DNA of 64,000 bases, from positions 66,394 to 130,393 of the forward strand of contig DAIQMY010000002.1 in assembly GCA_036788695.1 (NCBI GenBank), in the 5' to 3' direction. The DNA comes from Candidatus Levyibacteriota bacterium. Lineage in GTDB: Bacteria > Patescibacteriota > Microgenomatia > Levybacterales > GWA1-39-11. A program made the position numbers and the translations under genes. Below the pieces are notes generated by a model. It worked only from the letters and a program-made list of their open reading frames with translations, ran no database searches and was not told the origin of the DNA. Shown in pieces: positions 9,832 to 19,474 of this stretch. Numbering within the stretch: position 1 is the first letter of the stretch; every line of letters begins with the position of its first letter.

Positions 9832-11858
9832 AAAATATATATCAGTTACTTGTTTTTTTAGTACTCATTTTCTTAACGTATGGTGCTTGGTTTATTCCTG
9901 GTCTTATCACGTCTGGTGACTTTTGGTATTTTTATCCTTCAATGTATGGGCAATTTGACGTAGCTTTCTTTGCATGGAATTGGGAAAAGGGAAACGGTTT
10001 AGGAATGAATTCTGTCGTGTTTCAGGCGGTACTCTTGGATTTTGGGTTGCCTATTACACTTTTAGGTAGTATTTGTAAGTTTTCCTGGCAAATCATAGAA
10101 CGTTTTGGATTTTTTTATCCGTTTTTAATAATTGGTGGAGTGGGTTCATACATGCTTCATAAAAATATCTTTAAAGATAGTACATTTTGGGTTGTTTCGG
10201 CGGTGGTGCTTCTATTGAATACGTACATACTTACAGTGGTCGGAGGCGGACAAATCTTAATAGGTATCGCATACACTTTTTCAGCAATTGTTTTATCAGA
10301 ATTTATGAAAAGTATTCATGATGATAAAAACTATTCTCGATTGATTTACATAAGAAACAGTATTGTTTTAGGGGTGTTATTTGGGATTGAGGTTTTGTTG
10401 GATTTAAGGATAGCCTATATATTAGCTATTGCCATCTTTTTGTATTTTCTTGTTTACACTACCTTCTCTATCGCAAAAAACAATATTTTTAATTTGATAA
10501 AAAAACTATTTTTCTCATTTGTATTTCCTTTTTTGCTTGCCTTTACACTAAATGGATTTTGGTCTTTGTCTCTTGTTGTAAACAGACGTAATCCCTTGCA
10601 GGCATTGGGGTCGGCATATAGTGATGTCGCGTCAGTGAAATTCTTTAGTTTTGCAACTCTTGAAAACTCAATCTCCCTGTTGCATCCAAATTGGCCAGAG
10701 AATTTATTTGGGAAAGTCTCATTTATGAGGCCAGAATTTATTATTATTCCTCTTATTGCTTTTTTAGGGCTGCTATTACTTGGGAAGGTGCAGAATAAGA
10801 AGTTGGCACAGTTAATTGTTTTTTTCTCTATTCTGGGCTTAGTAGGAGCATTTTTGGCAAAAGGGGCAAATGAGCCGTTTGGGGGAGTGTATCTTTTTCT
10901 TTTTGAGCATGTGCCAGGTATGGTAATGTTTAGAGACCCAACTAAATTCTATATGCTCGTTGCCCTTTCTTTTTCGATACTTATTCCGTTTACGATGTAC
11001 CAAATAAGTGAAATATTTAAAAAAATAAAATATTTGCCCTTGATTTTCCTTACTATCTTCATCTTTTTCTGGTTAGTTACTATACGCGAGGCTATCTTTC
11101 ATCAACTTGGAGGTACTTTTAAACATACAAAAATTCCCAATGAATATGTGCGGCTAGAGGCTTTTTTAAGAAGTGATAAAGAGTTCTCAAGAACATTCTG
11201 GATTCCTCAAGTACAGCGATTTGGCTATTATTCTCCAACCCACCCGCCAATGGTTGCTGAAGATTTTTTACAAGTCTACTCCTATGATAGGCTTGCAAAA
11301 AAGATAATAGATTTGAAGACACAAAAAACACTTGAGAATATGTCTGTTAAATATATAATTATCCCGTATGATTCCGAAGGGGAAATATTTTTAGATGACA
11401 GAAGGTATAGTTCAAAGTTATACGAAAATTTGATACATAAAATAGATACCTACAGTGGGTTAAAGAAAATACAGTCGTTTTCGCAAATACAAATATATGA
11501 ACTATCAAACCCTAAACCTCATTTTTGGAGTAAACGGGGAATAATTAAAAATTATTCGCGTGTTTCAGCAGTAAAATATAGAGTAAATCTTGTGAATGCA
11601 AAAAAAGGAGATCGTATTGTTTTTTCAGAAGGTTATGATCCAGGGTGGAAGGGAAATATTATAGATGAGGAATTAAATCCTGTTTTATTTTCTGTCCCAT
11701 ATGAAAAACATATCAATAGCTTTATGATAAATCGCAATGGTACATATACAGTAGAAGTGTATTATGCAAACCAAATATGGGTAAACATAGGAATCGTAGT
11801 AAGCGTTGTATCGCTTATTTTTTCAGTTGTGTTTATTATAGTTACTTATAAAAAATGA
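9828..11858 (+). CDS. Large polytopic membrane protein with C-terminal exported domain; GT-C/YfhO-like glycosyltransferase candidate
   Basis: About 14 hydrophobic helices followed by a soluble region of ~230 aa. Same architecture as 5770..8061. Confidence 0.35.
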   Translation: MKNIYQLLVFLVLIFLTYGAWFIPGLITSGDFWYFYPSMYGQFDVAFFAWNWEKGNGLGMNSVVFQAVLLDFGLPITLLGSICKFSWQIIERFGFFYPFLIIGGVGSYMLHKNIFKDSTFWVVSAVVLLLNTYILTVVGGGQILIGIAYTFSAIVLSEFMKSIHDDKNYSRLIYIRNSIVLGVLFGIEVLLDLRIAYILAIAIFLYFLVYTTFSIAKNNIFNLIKKLFFSFVFPFLLAFTLNGFWSLSLVVNRRNPLQALGSAYSDVASVKFFSFATLENSISLLHPNWPENLFGKVSFMRPEFIIIPLIAFLGLLLLGKVQNKKLAQLIVFFSILGLVGAFLAKGANEPFGGVYLFLFEHVPGMVMFRDPTKFYMLVALSFSILIPFTMYQISEIFKKIKYLPLIFLTIFIFFWLVTIREAIFHQLGGTFKHTKIPNEYVRLEAFLRSDKEFSRTFWIPQVQRFGYYSPTHPPMVAEDFLQVYSYDRLAKKIIDLKTQKTLENMSVKYIIIPYDSEGEIFLDDRRYSSKLYENLIHKIDTYSGLKKIQSFSQIQIYELSNPKPHFWSKRGIIKNYSRVSAVKYRVNLVNAKKGDRIVFSEGYDPGWKGNIIDEELNPVLFSVPYEKHINSFMINRNGTYTVEVYYANQIWVNIGIVVSVVSLIFSVVFIIVTYKK

Positions 11859-12100
11859 AACCGCAAGACATTCTCTTTATAATTGTTCTTTTAATTTTAT
11901 TATGGAAAAGGAAGCCAGAGTGGTTTATTTTAATGGGACTTTTATCTTTTTTGTGTTCCATGCCTCTTTTCGCATACTGGATTTTTTTTACTGCCCAGCG
12001 GTTTATGTATTATGGTTTTGCATTTTTATTATTTGGTATACTTTTTTCTCTTCCAATTTTAAGAAAGAGGGGATATAATAAACAGAAGAAAAATGAATAA
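11855..12100 (+). CDS. Small two-TM membrane protein
   Basis: 81 aa with two hydrophobic helices. Translationally coupled to its neighbours. Confidence 0.3.
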   Translation: MKPQDILFIIVLLILLWKRKPEWFILMGLLSFLCSMPLFAYWIFFTAQRFMYYGFAFLLFGILFSLPILRKRGYNKQKKNE

Positions 12101-13115
12101 AGTATTAGTTACTGGTGCTGCGGGCTTTATGGGAAGCCATTTAGTGGATGCCTTATTGGATTTAGGTCATGAGGTATATTCTCTGGATGACCTTTCATGG
12201 GGATACAAAGAAAATGTAAATCCAAAAAGTACTTTTATGCAACTCGACTTGCAAGATAAGGCAAAAACAGAAAAGTATATAACTGAAATAAAACCAGAAT
12301 ATGTATTTCACCTGGCAGCGGATGCAACTGAGGGAAGAAGTCAATTCACCCCTATTAATTCAACGCAAAGAAATTATGGAGCATATCTTAATTTGCTTGT
12401 TCCAAGTATAAAAAATGGGATGAAAAAAATGATTTTAACTTCATCTATGAGCGTTTATGGTGCACAAAAGCCCCCTTTCTCCGAGGACATGGAAAGACGG
12501 CCTGAGGATATTTATGCAATCTCTAAATCTGCAATGGAACATGCAACTGAAATATTGTCTAAGGTGTTTAAATTTGAATACACAATAATTCGTCCCCATA
12601 ACGTATATGGTCCTAGGCAAAATTTGGCAGATCCCTATAGAAATGTTATCGCAATTTTTATAAATAGACTTTTACAAAATAAAAACTTTTTTATCTACGG
12701 AGATGGAAATCAGAAGCGGGCATTTTCATATATTGATGATTTTACGCCATACATTATAAAAGCAGGATTTGAGGACCTAGCAAACAGTCAGATATTTAAT
12801 ATTGGTCCGGTTGAGGAATGCACGATTAATGAATTAGGAGAGATAGTCTTGGACGTATTTTTTAATGGGGATGTACCTGAGAATATGCTTCCACAGCACT
12901 TGCCTCCACGCCCCTTAGAAGTATCTGATGCATGGTGTACAGCTGAAAAGGCAGAAAAAATATTAGGGTATAAGACTACGATAAACCTTAAAGATGGAAT
13001 TCATAAGATGGTTGAATGGGCACGATCAGTAGGTCCAATGCCATTTAAGTATTTGGATAACTTGGAGCTTGTTTCTGACACGACACCTACTACCTGGAAA
13101 GACAAACTGCTTTAA
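12093..13115 (+). CDS. NAD-dependent sugar-nucleotide epimerase/dehydratase (SDR; UXS/GalE-like)
   Basis: VLVTGAAGFMGSHLVDALLDLGHEV is the Rossmann motif. YAISKSAME is the YxxxK catalytic motif. Confidence 0.75.
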   Translation: MNKVLVTGAAGFMGSHLVDALLDLGHEVYSLDDLSWGYKENVNPKSTFMQLDLQDKAKTEKYITEIKPEYVFHLAADATEGRSQFTPINSTQRNYGAYLNLLVPSIKNGMKKMILTSSMSVYGAQKPPFSEDMERRPEDIYAISKSAMEHATEILSKVFKFEYTIIRPHNVYGPRQNLADPYRNVIAIFINRLLQNKNFFIYGDGNQKRAFSYIDDFTPYIIKAGFEDLANSQIFNIGPVEECTINELGEIVLDVFFNGDVPENMLPQHLPPRPLEVSDAWCTAEKAEKILGYKTTINLKDGIHKMVEWARSVGPMPFKYLDNLELVSDTTPTTWKDKLL

Positions 13116-13186
13116 CCTCATACTAAAAATTACTTTTTAGACGAATGCATATTTTTTTATCATAAATTGGGGTAGAATATAATTAC

Positions 13187-13726
13187 ATGAAAATTGGAAT
13201 TGATATATCTCAGTTAGCATATAAGGAGACTGGTGTCGCGAATTATCTTGAAAATTTAGTAGCAGAGTTAATTGAAAAAGATAGGGAGAATGAATATATT
13301 CTGTTTTTCTCATCACTACGTGGCAATATGAATCACACAAAACTTACTGTTCCAGGTAATAATTCAAAGGTTACAATAAAAAAGTTTAAATTTCCGCTTT
13401 TTTTTCTTGAGATTATTTGGAATAGGCTGCATATTTTTCCTATAGAGTGGTTTATTGGTGATATAGATTTATATATTACTTCTGATTGGGTTGAGCCTCC
13501 TGTGAGAACGGCTAAAAAAGCTACGATTTTGTATGATCTTGTCGTGTTTCTCTATCCGAAGGAAACAGCGAAAAAAATAATTCAAACACAGAAAAAAAAA
13601 CTGGCTTGGGTAAAAAAGGAGAGCAGTATAATTTTCTGTATTTCAGGCTCCACCGCAAGGGACGCAAAGAAAATTCTTGGAATTGATGAAAACAAATTTC
13701 GGGTGATATACCCGGGAGTGTCATAA
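13187..13726 (+). pseudogene. Truncated GT4 glycosyltransferase: N-terminal domain only, paralogous to the N-half of the downstream GT4
   Basis: The 179-aa ORF aligns by eye with residues ~9-190 of the 13779..14906 product (MKIGIDIS/MKIGINGY ... KFRVIYPGVS/KNVEVIHLGIK). It stops where the C-terminal GT-B domain should begin. Confidence 0.45.
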
Positions 13727-13778
13727 TTTAAAAAAACAGCGGTTATACCTGCCTGTGTGTATCTATAACGAAATATAT

Positions 13779-14906
13779 ATGAAAATAGGAATAAATGGTT
13801 ATGAAGCGGTGGTTCCTCGTTTTGGTTACACAAGTGAAGGATTTCCTAATCGTGTGGGGAGCGCTGAGGTTTGTTTCCAGCTTTTAGGAGAACTATCAAA
13901 ACTTGATAAAAAAAATTCTTACGTTATTTATCTCCCATCCCCTCCAACGAAGGACATGCCTGAAGAATCAGCAAACTGGGAATATAGGGTAGTACTTGCT
14001 AAAAGGTTTTGGACTCTTTTTGCGCTTCCTAGGGCACTGCGTCACGATAGGCCAGACATATTTTTTTCTCCAACGCATTATTCACCCTTTTTTATACCCA
14101 TGAAGACTGTGTTAACTATTTTAGATGTTTCTTATAAATACTTTCCTGAAATGTTTATGAAAAAGGACTTATATAAGTTATCTTGGTGGGGAAAATATTC
14201 TGTCAGAAGATCAAAAAAAATTATAACAATAAGCGAGAGCAGCAAAGATGATATAATAAAAACCTATGGTATTAGCCCCAAAAATGTTGAGGTTATCCAT
14301 CTAGGAATAAAAAATTTACCAATAGTAAGCATGACAAAAGAAGAACTATTTAAGAAATACTCAATTACCACGCCTTATATATTATTTGTCGGTACACTGC
14401 AGCCAAGAAAGAATGTAAAGCGTTTGATACAAGCAGTGTCGCTATTAAAAAATAAAGAAGTAAAACTTATAGTTATAGGTAAAAAAGGGTGGATGTATGA
14501 GGAGATTATTTCAGCTCCTGAAAAATTTGGTATTTCAGACCGGGTCATTTTTTTACATAATGTTGTAAATTCTGAGCTTCCACTATTTTATAAGCATGCG
14601 TCCCTTTTTGTTCTTCCTAGTTTATATGAGGGTTTTGGTTTGCCAATTCTTGAAGCAATGAAGTATAAATGTCCGGTGATAACAAGTAATATAAGTAGTC
14701 TGCCGGAGGCGGGAGGAGATGCAGCTATCTATATTAATCCTGAAGACGTTTCGGAAATTGCAGAAAAAATTGATGAAGTACTTACAAATACAAAGTTACG
14801 CGAGAGAATGATAAGATTAGGTGATGAGCAGGTTAAGAAATTTTCGTGGGAGAAGGCAGCACGAGAGGTTATAAAGGTTTTTGAGGAAACCGTTCAAAAG
14901 TCATAA
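13779..14906 (+). CDS. Glycosyltransferase family 4 (GT-B)
   Basis: C-terminal EGFGLPILEAMKYKCPVITSNISSLPE is the E-x7-E GT4 signature. The ATG at 13779 is preferred over the upstream GTG. Confidence 0.75.
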   Translation: MKIGINGYEAVVPRFGYTSEGFPNRVGSAEVCFQLLGELSKLDKKNSYVIYLPSPPTKDMPEESANWEYRVVLAKRFWTLFALPRALRHDRPDIFFSPTHYSPFFIPMKTVLTILDVSYKYFPEMFMKKDLYKLSWWGKYSVRRSKKIITISESSKDDIIKTYGISPKNVEVIHLGIKNLPIVSMTKEELFKKYSITTPYILFVGTLQPRKNVKRLIQAVSLLKNKEVKLIVIGKKGWMYEEIISAPEKFGISDRVIFLHNVVNSELPLFYKHASLFVLPSLYEGFGLPILEAMKYKCPVITSNISSLPEAGGDAAIYINPEDVSEIAEKIDEVLTNTKLRERMIRLGDEQVKKFSWEKAAREVIKVFEETVQKS

Positions 14907-14957
14907 TGATTTTACGAATGGAATGCTTAAGCTGCAATAGGTAGCAGCTGTGTTTCT

Positions 14958-15509
14958 ATGAAAAGAATTATAAGACGATTAAAAACTATTATATTGGAAG
15001 CGGATAACATGATATTAAAATGGGTAGGGTATGTTCCTTCGCACCATTTTAGAAGATTGTGTTACCGGTTAGAGGGCATAAAGATTGGAAAAGGATCAAC
15101 CATTCATATGGGGGCTGTATTCTATAATACAAAAAATATAAAAATTGGTTCAGATACAATTATTGGGGAAAACGCTATATTAGATGGACGAAATACTCTT
15201 ACAATAGGAAATCATGTAGATATCGCAAGCGAGGTGATGATTTATAATGCTCAACATGATTTATCTGACGCGTATTTTAAAGCAATAAGTGCCCCTGTTG
15301 CTATTGAAGACTATGTCTTTATTGGCCCGCGCGCGATAATTCTTCCTGGTGTACGTTTAGGTAAAGGGTCAGTCGTAGGAGCGGGAGCAGTGGTAACAAA
15401 AGATGTTCCTGAATTCATGATTGTGGGTGGAGTTCCTGCAAAAGTGATAGGAGAGCGAAAATTAAAAAACCCTTCATATAAGCTTGGTCGTGCTGCTTGG
15501 TTTCGATAA
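14958..15509 (+). CDS. Hexapeptide-repeat (LbH) sugar O/N-acetyltransferase
   Basis: [13 protein letters not shown]...IGENAILDG...IGNHVDIA...[25 protein letters not shown] are left-handed beta-helix repeats. Confidence 0.7.
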   Translation: MKRIIRRLKTIILEADNMILKWVGYVPSHHFRRLCYRLEGIKIGKGSTIHMGAVFYNTKNIKIGSDTIIGENAILDGRNTLTIGNHVDIASEVMIYNAQHDLSDAYFKAISAPVAIEDYVFIGPRAIILPGVRLGKGSVVGAGAVVTKDVPEFMIVGGVPAKVIGERKLKNPSYKLGRAAWFR

Positions 15510-15515
15510 ATCTAC

Positions 15516-16376
15516 ATGAATGTTTCAATAATTATTTTAACGTTTAATTCATCAAAATATATTGATGAACTTCTTCAGAGTTTAATACAAAAATACAAAA
15601 GAGAGATAAAGGGCAGGCAGCTGGAGATAATAGTAGCTGACAACTCATCTACAGACGATACGGTAAAGAAAGCTTTCAACTACAAGGAAGTAAAAGTTTT
15701 AAAAACAGGTGGAAATTTTGGTTATGCAAAAGGTAATAACATAGCGTCAAAGCAAGCTATAGGTGACATACTAGTATTCTTAAATCCTGATACAAAATTT
15801 GTGTCAGGTGACATATTGCAATTGACAAACGAATTTAAGGATGAAAAAGTTGGCGTAGTTGGTGGAGAAATAGTAAATTACCATGGGGGGAGGGAGCTTT
15901 CATGCGGAAAATTCTACAATTCATTTCATACACTCCTTCTTTCAATGGGACTTGAAGAGTTTAGTGGGGTACGCTTTGCGCCCAATAGAAGGCGGGCGGT
16001 ACAGTTTGTGAGTGGGGCTTTTCTTGCTGTGAAGAAAGATTTATTTCGCAAGCTGAATGGATTTGATGAAAACTATTTTATGTACATTGAAGATAGCGAT
16101 TTTTGTTTTAGGGTGAAGCGTGCGGGGTATTTAATAATTTATTCGCCAAGTGCTACGATAAAACATGTTGGACAAGGAAGTTCAAATAGGACATTTGCTG
16201 TCATACATATTTATAAAGGGTTAGTGTATTTTAACAAAAAACATATGAGTAAATTTTCTTATAATTTTGTTAAAATTTTACTTAAAACAAAGGCTGTTGT
16301 ACTTGTAAACTATGGAAAAGTAAGCAATAATCAATATTTAGTCACAACTTATGAAGAAGCTCTTAAAGCGATTTAG
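15516..16376 (+). CDS. Glycosyltransferase family 2
   Basis: VSIIILTFNSSKYI...IIVADNSSTDDT, YAKGNNIA and YFMYIEDSDFCFRVKRAGY motifs. Confidence 0.75.
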   Translation: MNVSIIILTFNSSKYIDELLQSLIQKYKREIKGRQLEIIVADNSSTDDTVKKAFNYKEVKVLKTGGNFGYAKGNNIASKQAIGDILVFLNPDTKFVSGDILQLTNEFKDEKVGVVGGEIVNYHGGRELSCGKFYNSFHTLLLSMGLEEFSGVRFAPNRRRAVQFVSGAFLAVKKDLFRKLNGFDENYFMYIEDSDFCFRVKRAGYLIIYSPSATIKHVGQGSSNRTFAVIHIYKGLVYFNKKHMSKFSYNFVKILLKTKAVVLVNYGKVSNNQYLVTTYEEALKAI

Positions 16377-19300
16377 CAATAAAAATAATTTTTTAGAAGG
16401 TAAGTTACTGTTTTTTTTAGTTGCAGTTCTTATAGTATTTATTCCTTTGTATCCGAAGCTTCCTGCAATCGGAGTAAATAATACATGGGTGTATATACGG
16501 CTTGAAGATTTTTTAATCGCATTTACAACTTTTGTCTTTTTGATACAGTTGTTGAGGAGACGGGTTCATGTAAGTCGCCCCCTTGGGATACCAATAGTTG
16601 CATACTGGATTGCGGGATTTCTATCTCTTTTAATTAGCATAGTATTTCTTGCTCCTCATCTTGCAAATTTTTTCCCTCATGTCGCGATTTTATCTTATTT
16701 GAGGCGCATCGAGTACATGGTGCTTTTCTTTGTAGGGTATGCTGTTATAAAAGAAGAAAAGGATATCAGGCGGTTGTTTTGGGTTTTGGCTGTGACCACG
16801 GGAGTAGCTTTTATATATGGAATTGGTCAAAGATATTATATAAATGTATGGGCAGCTTTTCCTGATTTCTTTGAGAAATACTCATTTTGTTTTCCTTCGT
16901 TTCAAACAACAAATGAAGAGTTCGCAAAAGGTATTCCTCTGTGTTTGCCTTCAGATGGGAGAATAACTTCTTTATTTGGAGGTCATTACGACCTCTCTGC
17001 ATATCTTGTATTGGTAATACCAATTATTTTCTCAGTTGCTTTTGCAATGAGAAAGAGACTGTATCAAATTTTATTACTCCTGTTGGGTACTGGGCTTGTA
17101 TACCTGCTCATTTTAACGGCATCCAGGATTTCGTTTGGTGCGTATATAGTAGGCATTATCTTTGCACTCGTGTTTATTAGAAAAAAAATGATTATTATCC
17201 CTATACTTATTATTTCTTTATTTTTTCTTGTAACATCAAGCTCAAGTGTATTGCAACGTTTTACACAAACCTTCAGATTCACAAATCTAGTAATAAACAG
17301 CCAGGGTCAGGTGGTCGGTGAGGCTGTTAATAAATTGCCTGAGCAGCTAAAGAAAAAAATCTCACATGAGCCAATTATCGTAGAGGCGCCACCCCCAACA
17401 CAGGAGTTGCCTACGGGTTCAAGCTATATAGCACTTCCTGGAAAGACTGAGTCAACATCATCAGCTGTGTTAAAATCGTCACCAAAATTATCAAAAGAGG
17501 AAAAAAGCAAATATAAATTTGGTGCAGTTGAGATCTCAAACGTTCAGGGTAACTTCTTGATCCAGAGAGCACTTGTATATGATATTTCTTTTACAACCAG
17601 ATTTCAGGGAGAATGGCCAAATACATGGAGAGCATTTATGAGGAATCCTATATTTGGAAGTGGATATGCAACTATTACTTTGTCCTCAGATAATAGTTTC
17701 CTAAGAGCCCTGGGAGAGGTTGGGGTATTAGGATTTATCACGTTTTTTTCATTTTTTATTCTTTGGTACATCTATGTTAAAAATAACTATAAAGAGGCAG
17801 ACAGGTTTACAAGAAATTTCGTTCTTGGTCTTTCGGCTGGAGTAATTGGGCTTTTTCTAAACGCTGTGCTTATTGATGTTTTTGAGGCATCAAAAGTTGC
17901 AGAGTCTATGTGGCTTCTTTTAGGTATAGGAGCGGGTGGAATCGCCTTATATGCGAAAAACAAATTTTCATATCTTCATGAGTTAAGAAATATACTTTCC
18001 TCAAGTCTATTTTTAATGATTTACTTATTAATTTTGTTTTTTGTGTTCTTAGGCTCATCATTTAATAATTTTTTTGTTGGAGACGATTTTACATGGCTAA
18101 GATGGGCAGCTCAATCAGACAATACAACATTAGTTAAAAACTTTTACGATGCACAGGGATTTTTCTTGAGACCTATAGATAAGCTGCTCATCTTTGTGCA
18201 ATATACACTTTTTAATTTAAAACCTTTGCCTCATCATTTATTCACTCTTTTTTATAATTTTGGTGTTAGTATTGTGGTATATTTTCTGCTTTTTAGAATA
18301 TTTAAAAAGAAAAGTACTGCGTTTTTGGGAGCATTTATTTTTTCCTTTATCCCTTCACATTCGCAAAATTTGTTTTGGATTGCAACTATTTCAACGACCG
18401 TTTCTACTTTTTTTGTTTTGTTAGGACTTTTCTTTTATTCAATAGCTCGTAAGTCTCAGAAAATACTTTACTATATTTGCGCATTTATATTATTCTTGTT
18501 AGCAATTTTTTCATATGAAAATGCCATCATCTTTATTGGTCTCATGGTTGTTTTTGATATGTTTATTGCAAATCACAGTGGAAAACGTCAGAAGATGCAG
18601 ATATTTTTACCATATCTTTTTGCAGTAGTAATAGTAGGTTTTTACTTACTAGTTCGAATAAACGCGCATGCTGCAGGTTTTTCGGGAGATTATAATTACA
18701 ATTTATTAAAGCTAATTCCAAACACTATTGGTAATTATTTGGGGTACATTGCTTTGTTTTTTGGAAGCGAATCTACTTTATCTTCTTATACTTATCTAAG
18801 AAATATTATGAAGCAATATGTATTAGTACTTAGCTTTATAGGATTTATGTTTATCGCGTTTGTTGCGGGTTTTGTTATTGAGCACAAAGAGAGGTTTTCT
18901 GTTTCAAATCGTAAGAAAATATTTATTTTTGGTTTTATTTTTTCTATTGTTGCCTTACTGCCATATTTGCCTTTAGGTAATATTACCTTGAGATACCTTT
19001 ACCTTCCATCATTTGGCTTTGTTGTGATGGTTATTACTATTTTTGATTTTTTGTTTTCAAAAATCACAGTAAAGAAATGGTTTGCTCTAGTTTACAGCTT
19101 AGTAATTATCATGCTTGGACTCATGTTTTATGTTGGCCTAACGCGGGCAGAGCGTTATTGGGATGAAGCCTCAAAGATCACCTATGACACGTTAGTAAGA
19201 TTTAGATTAGATTATGATCTTAAAAATAATACGAATCTTTATTTCTACAATGTTCCGATTAGAAATGGTGAGGCGTATATATTTCCAGTAGGACTTGCTG

Positions 19301-19473
19301 ATGCAATTTATTTTGTTAACACGGATAAATCTGTAAAGGTATATCAGGTAAAAGACAGGAAGACAGCAGAAAATTTGAAGAATTCTGTTCCTGCAAAAGT
19401 TCTTCACACAGGTATATTTACTTTTGACAAAAATAAGATGTTAGATTTTGTAGAGTATTCAAGTAAAGAATAA
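16351..19473 (+). CDS. Very large (1040 aa) integral membrane protein with O-antigen ligase/Wzy-like N-terminal region, a central exported segment, a second multi-TM block and a C-terminal soluble domain
   Basis: Hydrophobicity plus the Wzy_C-like stretch YLRRIEYMVLFFVGYAV...GIGQRYY. Overlaps the upstream GT2 by 26 nt. Confidence 0.4.
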   Translation: MKKLLKRFSNKNNFLEGKLLFFLVAVLIVFIPLYPKLPAIGVNNTWVYIRLEDFLIAFTTFVFLIQLLRRRVHVSRPLGIPIVAYWIAGFLSLLISIVFLAPHLANFFPHVAILSYLRRIEYMVLFFVGYAVIKEEKDIRRLFWVLAVTTGVAFIYGIGQRYYINVWAAFPDFFEKYSFCFPSFQTTNEEFAKGIPLCLPSDGRITSLFGGHYDLSAYLVLVIPIIFSVAFAMRKRLYQILLLLLGTGLVYLLILTASRISFGAYIVGIIFALVFIRKKMIIIPILIISLFFLVTSSSSVLQRFTQTFRFTNLVINSQGQVVGEAVNKLPEQLKKKISHEPIIVEAPPPTQELPTGSSYIALPGKTESTSSAVLKSSPKLSKEEKSKYKFGAVEISNVQGNFLIQRALVYDISFTTRFQGEWPNTWRAFMRNPIFGSGYATITLSSDNSFLRALGEVGVLGFITFFSFFILWYIYVKNNYKEADRFTRNFVLGLSAGVIGLFLNAVLIDVFEASKVAESMWLLLGIGAGGIALYAKNKFSYLHELRNILSSSLFLMIYLLILFFVFLGSSFNNFFVGDDFTWLRWAAQSDNTTLVKNFYDAQGFFLRPIDKLLIFVQYTLFNLKPLPHHLFTLFYNFGVSIVVYFLLFRIFKKKSTAFLGAFIFSFIPSHSQNLFWIATISTTVSTFFVLLGLFFYSIARKSQKILYYICAFILFLLAIFSYENAIIFIGLMVVFDMFIANHSGKRQKMQIFLPYLFAVVIVGFYLLVRINAHAAGFSGDYNYNLLKLIPNTIGNYLGYIALFFGSESTLSSYTYLRNIMKQYVLVLSFIGFMFIAFVAGFVIEHKERFSVSNRKKIFIFGFIFSIVALLPYLPLGNITLRYLYLPSFGFVVMVITIFDFLFSKITVKKWFALVYSLVIIMLGLMFYVGLTRAERYWDEASKITYDTLVRFRLDYDLKNNTNLYFYNVPIRNGEAYIFPVGLADAIYFVNTDKSVKVYQVKDRKTAENLKNSVPAKVLHTGIFTFDKNKMLDFVEYSSKE

Positions 19474-19474
19474 C

